Below are positions 24,283-38,566 of a stretch of DNA of 64,000 nucleotides, piece by piece (position 1 is the first letter of the stretch; every line of letters starts with the position of its first letter). Source of the DNA: Mobula hypostoma (taxonomy: Eukaryota); NCBI RefSeq assembly GCF_963921235.1, contig NC_086097.1:83330001-83394000 (forward strand). Reading direction: 5' to 3'. Position numbers and translations under genes: made by a program. The notes beneath the pieces were generated by a model. The model did not search any database. It had not been told where the DNA came from and saw nothing but the letters and a program-made list of their open reading frames with translations.

Positions 24283-27200
24283 TAGTAGTGTTCTTACTAT
24301 GTGCAAAACTCATCTTTCTTACTTAGACACAATGCAGAGGTGTTGCCATGAAACTTTTTTCCTCTTCCATAAATATTTCGTTTCACACCCTTGGGGTATT
24401 TGGATCTCCATGAAAACTTAATATGCTTTTATATTGTGGCTCAGGACAATTACTGCTTGGACTTGTATGGGAGCAGAATCCATCAGAGTCAACTTGACCA
24501 TCACCCTTCATCCTGTCCTTGTCCACATTTTAATGATATCATTTATCAAGGCATGTATGAAATATTTGCACCTGCTTTTCATAGGTTTTCTCCCTGGTTC
24601 ATTTTCAGATCAACTCTTGAGTTAAATAATTGAAGCTCTCATTTGATGCAGATGGAAGCTTTATGCTGAAGAGGTTTATGAAACATATGGCTGCCCTTCC
24701 CAATTCATGATCACTGAAACTAGGTGGAGGTGCTGAGAAGTCCCATGATACCTACATAGCTTAATTCCACCATAATTATTCTCACTGTCCTTACAAGTAT
24801 TTCTCTCTCATTTATTCAAAAACTTTATTTGGTCTTTACTTGGTCTCACAGCTTGTGAGAACTTGCTGTGAGAAGATTGTCTGACAGATTTCTTTATATT
24901 ACAAGTTACAGCTACAGTTCATTAACTGTGGACTATTTTAGAGTGACCTAAAAAGAATATCAAAGGTATGATTATGTATTTTCCCATTATTTATGTACAA
25001 TTGGCTGAACATTGGTCATATCTTTTAGAAACATAGGCTACAGTTAGCAATATTCAGCCCACTTTTCAGTATTAAGTGCTCTTTCATCTCCACTCAGAAT
25101 ATTAGTAAATATCCTATCTTCTATGACCAGCTTCCTGTTTCTCCTTAACATAGTTTATTCCTCCTATCATGTTTGGTTAGTACAATAGTGGCATTTTTAC
25201 ATAGTTCCTTTCAGTCCATGGTCAGCCATATGCTGTTAGATGGACCATATATACCTGTTTCCTTTTGAGTATTTTAGCTTACTCTGCTTCCAATCTAGCT
25301 TAGCAGCTGTGTATTTATCATTTCCTCTGAGATGACTGGAATTGTTTGCTGACTATATTCATTAATTAAATGTACCAAAGTATCTGTTTGCCTCAGGCAT
25401 TAGATATTATCAGTATAACTTTAGTTTCTGTTAGACAAAAAATTCAGTTTAGACTTTGTAATTGGAATTATCTGCAAAAACACTGTTTACTAGAAATTAG
25501 CTTTGATGTTGTACATGAACTAATCCAAGATCCGGCACAGGCAAGTAGCATGAGATGTCGAAATTATTGTTTTGACTTTTTGTAGCAATTTCCTTCCTTT
25601 TTGGACAGGGAAAGGACTACCATTTTATTTTCAGATTTGACAGACTGAAACTTTCAATATCATCTTGCTTTTACATCCCACAAATGTCACATTCGACATT
25701 TGAGGTTTGTATTTGCATGTTTGTGCAAACATGTCCTTTGAAAGAAAAGAAAGGATATTTTGTGTCAGGAGCTGAGGAAATGATGATATGGAACTTGGAA
25801 ACAACACTAGAATGGAAATAATTGAGTTGATGATGCTGATTACGAATACATGAAGCAGTGGGGTACAGTTTGTAAATTTCTTGGAATTCTCAAACAGCAG
25901 CTTGTTTGGAGATCAAAATTGATTCAGAAAAAGAGGGAAATGTAGCTGAAATCCAAATGGAATAGTTTGAAACTGGAGAAAAGTAATATGATTTTGGAAT
26001 ATGAACTGGTCTTGTTTGATGCCACACAGTTATCACCAGAAGACTCTTACAGCTGTAAATTTGTGGCTACAGATGCGTTAGACACTGGGTAATGTGGAGC
26101 TTCACTTGTTGTGGGAGCACAGGGGTAGGAGTATCAAAGTTGGGCTGCAGGTCTGAAGATCAAAGTGATTGGGGCGACATGATCTCAGCCTCAGAATGTT
26201 TTCTTTCTGTGGATATAAATGTATTAACTTGCTGAGCTTTATTAGGTCAGTCACTGTAAAACTGCTTAGACTGTAAAAAAAATTATTGAAATAAAGTGCA
26301 AAGTTAAACAGGTTTTTTTCTCTGGTCACATTCTGGAGATGAAAAGTTCAACAGTTCAATGTTGGGAAAGGTTTTAAAACTTTGTTCCATCTGAAGGGTG
26401 AAAAATAATTCCCTTCGGCGCTTGGTACTAGCTTGATTGTGGCTGACAGGAAAGGGATCAGTGTTTTGATAATAAATGTCTGCTGTTCCTTTCTGACCAG
26501 TATTGAAGTCTTTTGTTTTGGCCTTTTTGAGGCCATTGCAGATTAAATCCACATGAATGCACTGACAGCAAGCTGACATCAAACGCCATTGGTTTGGAGA
26601 AGATGGGTTTTCAGCAGGAGTAGCTCAGGCACTCATCCACAAAAAGCTTTCATTGCCACAAATGTGGTTAGAAAAAACTGAATAGAACAGATTGACAGGT
26701 TCATCAAACATTTTATATAGAACAGCACAGCTCTAAAGAATTGTGCACTTTCCATCCTGAGAACTGCCTGGAATTTCCACACTAACACTTTCTAATTAAT
26801 CACCACAACTTTTAATATTTCATTTAATTGTGTCAGTCAGCACTTTGAAGCTTTGTGATCTTTCGTTTATCCCTTTATTCAAGAGTCAATTTTTGCATGT
26901 GGTTTGACTTCTGCCGGAGAGTAACCAGGATATACATCATTGTTGTGCCTCTGCTCAGTTCCAGATGCTTAATAACTAAATTGATGTTGATGTCTATAAA
27001 CTGATTGCAGCGCTTTATTCAAAACGCTGCAGCTGGTGCTGTAATTTTTTTTTGTCATGAAGAGCAAAAATCTGAACCAAAAACAGAAGCTTGTTTTACC
27101 GAAGATGCTGTGCTGTTTTCTTCCCACAAGTACTGACTGACCCATTTGCGTTTCCAGAATTTTCTATGAATTATGTTACTCCTGCTGAAGAAATAAATCT

Positions 27201-27830
27201 GTTATTGCTCTAACTTCATATTTCTCAGTGAATCCATCTGACTGAATGTAGCTGCTGACACGCAACTCTGATTTCTATTTTGTTTACAATGACAATTCCT
27301 GGCATTATATTTTCAAAATTAAGGAGCAGATTACAATATGCAGCCTTGCTATTCGAGCCAGTTGTAAGCAGTAAATTTGCTTTTCAGAAGTAAGAACATG
27401 GCATTCTGCTTAATGATGACTTAAACCTGGTTATTATCAGAATGATTGCAAAAATTTCTGAAGGTTATGCAAACTGTGCATAAGATTTGATGACTTAAGA
27501 TTCTTTTTTTAATTTTGGTCCCACTCAAGATCTGCATGTGAATATTGCAGATTTTCAATGTCTGTGACCTGAAAAGGACTTCAGGAGAATGTAACAATAT
27601 AAACTGAGAGAGTGACAGCTGCCCCTAATAAACAGATATGCCCATTTGTATCATTGTGCTCAGATATCTATTTCCACATCATCATTAAAGTGCTTATATT
27701 GAACAGATGCACTGGAAAAGAGTGAGATCAAATCTTTATATAGGTACAAATATCTTTGGGTAATTGGGGAACGTTACAGTTGAGTGCAATGTACAAAAAA
27801 AAATTTTGTGTGCCTTTTCTATTTATAATA

Positions 27831-28555
27831 CTGTGGATTCCAGTTAAGTGGGCCATCAATTAATCGATGCAGCTGCTTATTTGGGACAACTCTTAAAGAA
27901 CAAAATATAATCGAGAAAATGGCCGGGATTCCCTTAATTTATTTGGGACACTATCCCACTTAATTGGGAAGGTAGACTGTTGCTGAACAGTCGTAACTTC
28001 AGTCGTAAGCTCTTGTGTGGCCATTAGACACTACACCATGCTGAGAGTGAACAGTTTTTAAATAGAGTCAGTTGTGTGTGTGTGCTCAAAAAGCAGTGAT
28101 TTTCTTCTCACTGATAGCTGGTGAGAAATAAACAGGAAGACAATTCAGAACTGTCTTGCTCACCGTGGTTTCAAGCATTCAGACTTGGAGATGTGAGAAA
28201 CAGCCAGCAGTGAAAATAAAATGATTTCACAACTTTCACAAATTAGGAACTACGAAGAATTTGAAGCATTGTATGAAGGCAGTACATTATCTGCACTAGG
28301 AGTCTGTGCTGATTTTGTTTATTTGCAGTCAAACTAATAACTATTAGGAATTAATACAGTTTTATTGTATTATAGTAGTATTGGTAGTGTTCTATTTTGT
28401 TCTGTATTTTATTGAAATACATAATCTGCTACTCAATTAAATGGTAGGTTGTCTTTATTGTACCTTTATAATTATTTCCATGACATTGGGGGCATCCACT
28501 TAATTGGGCCAAAATGTACGGGTCTCGATGTGTTACAATTAACTGGAATCCATGG
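27831..28555. mobile_element. Tigger/pogo-like MITE
   Basis: TA|CTGTGGATTCCAGTTAA ... TTAACTGGAATCCATGG|TA inverted termini, with repeated (ttaa)ttgggac/ttgggcc sub-terminal motifs. Confidence 0.8.
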
Positions 28556-28772
28556 TATTTGTTAAGTTGGCTGCAACAAATTGCCACGGTAGAGTAGCAT
28601 TTAAAATGGGAAGGTTCTGTAAAACTTGCAGGTTGAGGAAAAACTGTGAACCATCTGTTACTGGACACCCCTTTGACCAAATACTGCATTTCAGATGATG
28701 CTTAAACACAGTTGAGGAAAGACTTCATGAAGTCAGCCCTTGTAATTGATATGTTCTCTTTTTTAATTGCAG

Positions 28773-28955
28773 AAACCACTCGCAAGTGTCTGTTTAATGG
28801 CACTGAGTACACAGATGGAGAGGTGTATCGCATGGAGGCCTGCTGGTTCTGCCGCTGTCGGGGTGGGATCTCATTATGTTCCAAAGTAGAATGTGGAGAG
28901 CTGAAATGTGAGAACTATTACATCCCTGAGGGAGAGTGCTGCCCAGTTTGTCAGG
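28773..28955 (+). CDS. CRIM1: CRIM1-like coding exon, first VWC (chordin-like CR) domain (exon 6 equivalent)
   Basis: ttgcAG acceptor at 28771-2 and GTAAG donor at 28956. 183 bp, phase 1/1. Encodes TTRKCLFNGTEYTDGEVYRMEACWFCRCRGGISLC...PEGECCPVCQ, with VWC CxxCxC and CCPxC motifs. Confidence 0.92.
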
Positions 28956-31444
28956 GTAAGTTTCCATGGACAGGAATGAAGGTCGAGATTATAAACTGGT
29001 GCCTCCAGCTAAAAAATAAGCAATCACCCGGTATATGTTGCATTTAATTTACATTGTTCATACACTGTATAATCTAAGTCTTTGTCTTGGTCTAGCAGTG
29101 ATTTACGAGATGGCCACTGGCAATAGTTTCAGAAAATGAGCAGATGGTATAATTCATCACTAACCTGAAATAATTCTGCATTAATACATAGCCAACGAGA
29201 GAATCCTTCATGCCATGTAATATTGATAAAAGAAAGGGACATCTTTAAATGTAAAGGCTGCGCTCTGTCCTTTGGGAATATGGCAAGGTTGTACAAGAAA
29301 GAGCAGAAGTTGGCTCTTGTGTCATCTGTATTTGTGGCATGTGGAATGTATTAAATACAGTTGATTACCCCACAGCAATATCACAGATGGCTAGAATTTG
29401 TTGTGCATATGCATCAACTTTCAACTAGAAATGGATCACTTCTGACACCTTACAGTGTTAAGTTATGAACAGAAGCAACCATGGAATTAAAATCTGGCAT
29501 ATCACTGTCAATGCATGCACAAAAAAGAACAAAACCTGCCTGTTTTTATACTTAAAATTAATTTATGAAATTGTGTTTGTGGTACATTTGGTTATAAAAA
29601 TGCTGTTTATTGAAAAATTACCAAATGGTTCTGTCCTAATTTGGAGGTTAAAAAATTGTAAGTTGCAATTTTGCATGACACCCAGAAAGCAAAAGTAAAT
29701 TTTGTAATTGATATTTCTCTCAATTAATAATTTGCAGTACTTCCCTTTTTATGAAAAAAAGGAGTTCTTCTAAGCCAATCATTTTGGAGAATTTTTCTTC
29801 CTTGCAGTATTTTGTATTTATTCATAAATTATGTCTACAGAGCATTTCAGGATAATGTACCCTGAATACTTAACTTAGTGCAAGATTAAGACCAAGGAAT
29901 TCTCCAAGCAAGTTGCCTTTATCCCACAGTCTGTCCCTTTCATTCTGTTCTGATTCAGCATGTCAACCCAAAGCATCGATTTGCACCTTTTGCCTCCACA
30001 GACACCGCTTGACTCACTGAGTTCATCCCATGCTCTTTTTTTGCTTTATATATACAATCCAATATCTACAATCTCTTTTTTATCTTCATTTAATCTTTAA
30101 AGACTGGTTAATATTTGTGAACTACATATGGAAAGTATACAAATATTTCCAATCTTTACAAATTTAGGCACTTAGATTTATTCAGAAATGAAATAACCAT
30201 GTGTGGCACCATGGTTGTCATAGAAACCTTGAGCCAAGTGGCCTGTTTCTCTGCGGTACTGTTTTATAGTCCCATGACAAATACGAAATGCAAGCAATAT
30301 AGGCCAATTAATACAAACGGAAAACAATCTAAATCTTGTGAGTAGGATCTTTAGATCATGGGCCTACAGGCTACTGTCTGGATGTCTTACATGTCATTCA
30401 ATATGCAGAAGCCATAAATTATGCTTACTCAGCATCCCCACTTTAAATGTTATATCAAAAACAATGTAATAAAATTATGAAGTTCTCTTTCAGACAAGGC
30501 TGACATGTTAACAAAGCATAACGGCAGTCCTGGAACATCTCAGCACCCTAACTTAAAGATATTGATTCATGTCCTCTATTAGTTACGTCCTAGTCTTGGA
30601 TCTGTTCTAGGCTTTCCATTTGTGTTATCATTGTTCACGACAAAATCTATTTTTGTCCTTTTTTTGTGATTTTTAAAAACACTACTTATACTTTCTCACT
30701 GTATTTTTCCTTCCAGTGTTTGTACAATCACTGCCAATGTGGGTAAATATCGGTCCTTGGCTTAGTATTTCTGGCCTATTTGCCTTGCAACATTGCCATA
30801 AGTTATAAGTGTGGTTGTCATTCAATGTGCTTACCATTAGCCCACAGCTTTACTTCTGCTCTTCTATTCTTGATTCTATGACAACTTTTGTTGATAGACT
30901 CTATTCTTTTTTTTAAACAACTGAACATCTTCAAAACCATTTCTAGTGAGGTATCCTGGACCTAAAAAGTTAACTGTTCCTGTTTCCAGCATTCCATTTG
31001 AATTCCATACGCCAGCCGCTAATCCCCTTCACTCCCATGATGCCCTGCTCTAACTAGGGCTTGACGATGAGCAGCACATACAGCAGACATCAGTCTCTGA
31101 TCTATTGTCTTCCTCCAAACCTCCCCTTCATTCACTGCCAAAGGATTTCTCATGAATGCTGTTGGCTCCAGCATTTCCGGTCCACTGTTTAGTTGTAAGC
31201 ATGCTCCTGAACTATTAGTCACTTCTCATTCTACTTTGCTGCACCAGTCCCTATTTGATAATTGTTCCTGGTATCCTGTACTTATTTCTAGGAGTCTTAA
31301 TGACACCGTAGCACTTTTAACTGAGAGTTTTAACCTTTCAGACTCAATGTTAAGTTCCATAATTTTAGATTGCAACCACTCTCCCTAATTTCTAGTCCCC
31401 AGATAGCAGCTGCTTAGAATGATTTTCCTATTCCCATGTGCTCT

Positions 31445-31730
31445 AGGGTGGTTCATTGGCGCAGCCAGTAGAGCTGCTACACTATTGCACCAGCAGTCAG
31501 GATTTGATGTTGTGTTCTGCTTTGACTCCCCTTTACCTCTCACATTGTAAAATGTGTAGTTTGGTAGGTTAATTAGCTATAAATTGTCTCTAGTGTGTAG
31601 GTGAGTTGTAGAATTTGGGAAGGGGATTGAGCAGACAGTGGGGAGAATAAAATAGATTAGGGTAGGATTAGTGTAAAACTAGGTGCTCAATATCAGCGGC
31701 AGAAGTTCCAGTTTCTGTGCTGTAGCTCTT
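31445..31730 (+). mobile_element. Degraded V-SINE/HE1-like tRNA SINE
   Basis: tRNA-like head followed by ggtaggttaattagctataaattgtctctagtgtgtagg. Related copy at about 59740-60035. Confidence 0.5.
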
Positions 31731-32832
31731 TGGCTTCCTCAAGACCCATTATTTGTTAATTCATGTTATTGTAATTGTAATTAATCCTTTCCTCATTTAT
31801 TTAATCCTGTCATCTATCCCTTATTCTTTATTTCTCCCTTCATTCCCATAAGTCCCACCACAACCCTTTTCCTTCTGTACTCGTTTACTATTTTTTTTCA
31901 TTTCTGAGTTTCACTTTAAAACTTGCTTCACAACCAGACGCTCAGAATGTTTCTAGCATCTTATATTTTAATTATATATTTGTATCATTTGCAGTATTTT
32001 CCAATCATGTGGCATGTCGTATGCTTTCCTTATTGGTCTAACAAATTCAGTCCTTCGTAAAACACATTTCAAACAATCCACTGACTACATCCAATCTAGC
32101 ACCCAATGCAAATAATGCCCTCATTCTAGCCTCCACTGATTCTCTCTGACTATGCAATCTCCTGACCACAAATCATTCTCCTTTCCTTCAAGTCCCTCAA
32201 TGGATTACTCCTTCCCTGTCATCCTCTCCATCCATGACGTATTCCACTCTTTTTTTTCCTATTCTGATCTAACTACAGTCTTCCCTCTTTGTTCATTCAC
32301 CAGTTGCAGAGCTTTTGGGTACTACACCTCATCTGAATGAAACTCTCTTAAACATTTAAATCTCTGTATTTAATTACCCTGCATCTTTTAAAAAAAGTGA
32401 TAGAATTCATCCTCTTAATGTGTCTTTGGCAGTGCTTGCATTGGTTCAGCTTTTGAAATCCCTTGGAATCTTTTGCAAGCATTGTGAATGTTATATTTGT
32501 ACAGTATTCACAATATGTGTGTGAGTGAACTACTAAACAGCTTCCTCCCACAGGCAGTCAGACTGCTAAATAGCTGCTCTACCTGACTCTGCTTTGGACA
32601 CTTTTAACTTGCACTGGACACTTATAACTTGATTTTAACTGACATGTGGCTGTTGTGTTTACTATTTATTGTTATGTTTATTATTTAGTGTTGCGTTTGT
32701 TATGTTATGATTGCACTGCTCCTGGGAAACGCTGTCTCATTCTGCCCTGCAGAGCTGATGTACAGTTAGAATGACAATAAAGTTTTTTGAATCTTGAATC
32801 TTGAATATGTACATAAGTGTGTGTATGTATAG

Positions 32833-32835
<3 letters not shown>

Positions 32836-32867
<32 letters not shown>
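32836..32867. repeat. (TG)n microsatellite next to a LINE 3' tail (about 32550-32805)
   Basis: Uninterrupted TG run, preceded by aataaag...(ttgaatc)n. Confidence 0.9.
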
Positions 32868-32870
<3 letters not shown>

Positions 32871-35800
32871 TGTTATAAATATCACATAGGGGATCAAATA
32901 ATGAAGTCTGACTACTTTTTAGTAATGGCAATCAAATTGAATGGTCAAGTCAAGAATCTGAGCCTTGGGTTTTAAGGGAGTGATCATGTAAAATAAATTT
33001 CAGAAACAATGTGTTAGGTTATAGCTCACATAAACTTCATAAACATTTAACTTTCATCAGATTTCAGTCACTATCTGATGTCAAAACTGATTTTTTTTAA
33101 CATTATCATTTTGCCCTTCATGATGTTGCAACAGAAAGCTGATGTTTTCTGCAAAGACTTGTCCTGATGAGAGATGAGAAATTCTGTTTATTGTTCCATT
33201 TTACTTTACATAAAATACATATCTTGAATGCCACATACTACAGGATCTTCCCTTTTGCAGTTTGAACCAATGCACAAAAGAAATGCTGGGAGCTTTTCCT
33301 TAAGCATTCAGTGAAATGTAACAAACCATATATCAGTAATTTTCATGCAATTGTGATCACAGTCTAGAAATACTACACAGTCAGTCAACCATCATTTGTC
33401 ATCATAAAACTACAAATAATGTGTTGCTTGATTAAAAACTTCTTGTGTTGGTAGCATTTATTCAAAACACCAGTGCTCAGGATTTTGGTGGTGTTGGATT
33501 AGCAGACTTTCTGAACTGCTGGGTGTAATTCCTATTAATACCTTAACCTATTTTAATACACGTTTTTGTTGCACAGTATTATAATACAACTCCATGCGTG
33601 CCCAGTAATTTTAAGGTGAGTGCAGGGACCAGGGTCCTAGTGAGTTGGAGAAAGCACAAAAAGGGAAACCCTAGTTATCCAGAAGACAATATGGGAATCA
33701 GAGCCTGGTGTGTCAGAAACATCACCCGATCACTGAACAATCACTAAATCATCAAGTAGAGGGTTACCTCTAAATTAAACTTTGGCCTCTGATATAACTT
33801 GGCAGCTTTAATAATTAAAGAAATGATATTATAAGGATCTATATGTGAGAAATATGAAAAATGGTGTTGAGCAAATATTGAATTAAAGGGGATGGACTAC
33901 TGAGCGTTCCAGTAGTGGCAATGAATATAGCTTGGGAAGGAAACTTGTCCATGAACAATCACAATAAAGTATTTGGACTCATTGAAAGAATGGAAGTTGC
34001 CAGCGTACTTCTCATGGCTCAGTACCTGGAACATGAACTTGAAGAAGGCTAATATGCGATTGGTTAGATGCTATTTAGTGAATTGTCACAGAAGATGACT
34101 GAATTAACCTTGGTGACCCAGAACAGGCAATAGTGTGGACTCATTCCATTCACTCATTACTGCTGAGCTGGATAAGATGGAGTGACCCTATCATATTCAT
34201 TCAGGGAGTAGAATCAAGGAGACTTTTAAAATGCATCAAGTGAAAATAATGAGCCAGAACTTGTTATCTGGGCAAGCTGCCCACTCCCACTGTGTGACTT
34301 GCGTACCAGCTATGGACTTGATTGTTCCAGATGTCAGTCTGCTGCCTGAAGCTGTCCGTAACCAGAATGGCAAACCTCTTCAAGGCAGCAGGGGCTTGAG
34401 TGGCATGGCGTTGTCATGAGTGGAAGCAGTAAAAGGAGGCAGAGCAGACTCCGCCCTTTCAACAGTTGAAAACGTTTGGCAGCTTCGAAATCTATGCCAC
34501 CAGATTATTCCAGCTGAGCAGGACACTGAACATTTCAGAATGCCCTCGATATTCAGAAGCGTTCAAACAATCAATAAAATAATTATACAAAGAACATCCA
34601 TTTCAAGCATGGGTTTCTGGATGGGTTTCATAAGCCAGTCAGAGAAATCGAACAGCACCATCCCTGTGTCGAACAGGATCAAAATGAATGACTGAACATC
34701 ATGCTGAAAAAAGTGCTTCAATCTCCTAGAGATCCAAAGCATGACCAGCCAGGATCAACAAGACATACACCTACAGAAGGAACAAGGTGAAGTTCAAAAG
34801 ATGAAAATGAGGAAAAAGATGATGAACAAGGTGATGAGGGACAAGTGTCTTTTCAGATTATTGCTTAAGATACCAGGGATGACCTCTTTAATGCAAGGTT
34901 TTCTTGAGTTATACCAGAAGATCCGAATAACAAGAAAATGCAAGAGCTGTTCTTCCCCGTCTCTCACTCCAAACCCCACAGGCAGTGATAAAAATCAGTC
35001 CTTGCAAGTAATCTTGAACCTGCTACACTGTTGGTCTCAGTAAAGGGAGAAAACAGAAAAATGGTGAAAAAACCATACATAACGTATCTGAACAACTGAA
35101 ACACATTAACAAAGCACCTTCTTACAATCCCTGAATATATTCTTGATTTTCCTGCAACTCCAATAATAAAATCTGTGTGGCTTCAGCAGTGGAGGGTGGT
35201 GCTCAGAGTGACCACTGTGTCCTGGAGCCGATAGTACCCTGCCAAAGGTTGTTCTGCTTGCACTTGCGCAGATGCTGACATCTGGGGATGAAGCCAAGTG
35301 ATTGAATTTGAAGGGTGTTAGTAGGAATGTGGGGGAAATTTGTAAAATGGAATTGATATTGGACGGAGAAATGAGTGGATGACCCAAGACCCCAAGGACC
35401 TGTTTTTGTTCAGTTTGTGGGACTGGAAATCCAAGTGGCTGTGAATAACACACACAAGAGATGGAGAGATGAGGAACAAATGTGTAGCTGTTTACTTCAC
35501 TTGTAAGTCATCTACCCAGAACGCTCTCTCACATTATGTTCAGTACGTAACACACAGAGAAACTTGAGTTACCCATAAGAGTCAAAGTATACATGAATAC
35601 ATAATATATCCCAACCCCTTATTTTAACGGTTTCTCCCCCTTCCCCTACCAGACCAAGTGCTGAACTAATAACATTCAATGGCATAATCATCAAATTCAA
35701 CCAACAACAAAAACATTTTTTTCCAAGCTATTGTAGGAAAAGGGAGTAGACTGCCTCTATTCCTAAATATAACCCCAGAGATTATTTTGCCCCACGTGCT

Positions 35801-37446
35801 GAGGGTTAGTTACTGAACTAGAGATTCAATCGGTCGGGAGGCTGCCTGTTCCTGTGAGGGTTCCGACAGCTGAGGATGACGCCAAAGTCATTTTCTCACT
35901 CAGTGGTATATGTATATATCTTGGCTTGTCAGCAGAGGGCTTCTCAGAAAGCACAGGTGATGTGTCATTTGATCTTAGCAGAGGTTCTGCAGTCATTGTC
36001 TCAGAATCCGGTCCCTTTTCTACAATTGGATCTGGATTGGTCTGTTTGTGTTGGTTTTCAGTTGCCTCAGAAGTGGGCAGCAGCAGATCAACATGCCTTC
36101 TCCAGATGTTGTGGTCACTAGTTTCCACTGTGTATAACACAGGACCAGTTTGTGCCACCACTGTCACAGATATCCACTTTGTTCCAGAAATGTCGCTCCA
36201 GGCAAGTACCCTCTCGCCTGCTATAAAAAAAAATCTGTACTTCACTTTGGCACGTCTCTCTGCTTGGGTTTTCTGTTCATTTAGCACAAACTGTTCTGTG
36301 TTTGGGTGTCTAAGCAGGTCCAGCTGGGTGCAAAGCTGTCTTTTCATCAGTGCAGTGGCTGGAGCCATGCTGGTGGTGGTGTGAGGTGTGCTGTGGTATG
36401 TCAGCAAGAAAGTGCGAAGACACTGGTTGAGGGATACACTTCCCACTGAAGTCTTGAGGGCTCATTTCATTGTTTGTACTAATTGTTCAGCAAGGCTGTT
36501 AGTGGCTGGATGATATGGAGCTGACTTGATGTGCTGAATTCCACTTGCTTACAGAAATGCCTTCAACTCTTCAGACTGTCATTGTGTGCCTAAAGATAGA
36601 ACATCGCTCCTCAATGCATTTTTCAGATGTAGTGCTCTTCATGATGGCACACTCGGGCTATTTGCTATGTGCTAAATGTCTGTCCTCTGGCCAATCCTGC
36701 AAAAAGGTCATCAAAGAACAAAAGGGATATTGTTCGGCTGTAAAAGCAGGTTACTGGTTACCTTGAAGTCTCAACAAATCCTTAAAGACCCGTCCCTTTT
36801 TTGGACAGGAACCACCAGGTTTTCCTATTTACTTACCCACACTGGTTCAAGTACCTTACAGCCTCTACCTTTGTTTTGAGGGCATATGGAAGAGTCTTGC
36901 CTTCAGGCATTTGGGTGTTGTGTCAAGTTCAACAGCCAGTTTAACCATGATTACTTTCATACTGCCCAGTTCTCCATTGAATGCTTCTGCGTGTTTTTTC
37001 AAAACCTCGTGTAGACCAGTGCTCCCATCCATCAAGTGTACTTTGTGCCAGTTGAGTTGAAATTGCTCCAACCACATGCTCTAGATAACAACCTTTAACA
37101 ATGTAGAGTGGAAGTTTCTTTCCCTGTTTATTAATCTCCATGGTAACATGTACTACTCCCTTCACTGGAACAACCTCATAACTGCAGGTCTTTAAAGTCA
37201 ACCTGATCCTTTCTGGGGTGAGATGCTGCAGTTTCTCCTTGTAAACTGTCTCTGACACCAGTGAAACCGCAGGATCAATATCCACCTGCAGCCTCACCAT
37301 GACCCCAGCCAAACACAGGGTCACTCACCCAGTAGCCATCTCTGTGTCTTAAAATAGATAAAACATGCAAAGCTTCTTCAACCACAGAGTGAGAGTCACC
37401 CAGTCTGTCCTCAGTAATATGCTCCACCTCATTCACATGTTTCTTT

Positions 37447-37960
37447 TAAGACCTGAAGACATAGGAGTAGAATTAGGCAATCTGGCCCATTGAGTTGGCT
37501 CTGTCATTCATGGCTGATTCTTTTTTCTTCTCTTCCTCAACCCCAGTTCCCGACCTTCTCCCCATAACCTTTGATGCCATGTCCAATCAAGAACCTATCA
37601 ATCTCTGCCTTAAATACACCCAACAACTTGGCCTTCACAGCTGCATGTGGTAACAAATCCCACAAATTCATCACCCTCTGGCTAAAGAAATTTCTCCACA
37701 TCTCTGTTTTGAAAGGGCGCCCCTCTATCCTGAGCCTGCGCCTTCTTGTCCTAAATTCCCCCACCATGGGAAACATCCTTTCTACATCTACTCTGTCTAG
37801 GCCTTTCAACATTCTAAAGGTTTCAATGAGATCCCCCCACCATAATTTTGAATTCCAGTGAGTGCAGATCCAGAGCCTTCAAACGTTCCTCATATGATAA
37901 TCCTTTCATTCCTGGAATCATCCTTGTGAACCTCCTCTGGACCCTCTCCAATGCCAGTAC
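37447..37960 (-). mobile_element. CR1 3' fragment inserted in the Gypsy
   Basis: ORF 37537-37812 (LKGLDRVDVERMFPMVGEFRTR..FFSQRVMNLW), with the tail at about 37447. Confidence 0.9.
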
Positions 37961-38566
37961 ATGTAGTTTTTCCAAAAGTGTTTTTTCTTTATTACAGTGT
38001 TTTTGGTTGACAGTGTCTTTCTACTTTTACTGGTGCATTCAATACGTCCCTTTTTGCCACAGCTTTGGCAACCTAGACCCTTATACCAGCATTATTTTTC
38101 TGCATGCCCAGTTTTGCCACAGTGGTAACGCTGATTGCCAATAGGTGTCTTATTCTTAAGTCAGTAGAAACTTTATGAACTTGGGAAGAGGCGCTAAACA
38201 GCAGTGCTTCTTTAGCTGCCATCTCCATAGTCTCAATTGCCTTCCGTAATGTTAGTCTGTCTTTGGTAAGCAAACATTTCTGAATTGCCATACTGTGCAG
38301 ACCAGGTACAAATCTATCATGGAGCTTATCATTCAGTGAGTGCCCAAAATCACAGTGTTCAGACAATTGCTTCAGCACCACCACAGACTGTGAAATAGAC
38401 TTGCCTTCCTCTTCATTCAATTTTTAAAATCTGAACGTCTCAGCAATAATCAAAGGTTTAGATGAATAGTGGCCCTTTAAGCCTTTAACCATATCCCCAT
38501 AAGGCTTAATGTCAGGCTCAGCAGGTTGCATGAGACTACATAATAAATTAAATGTTTTTGCATCCA

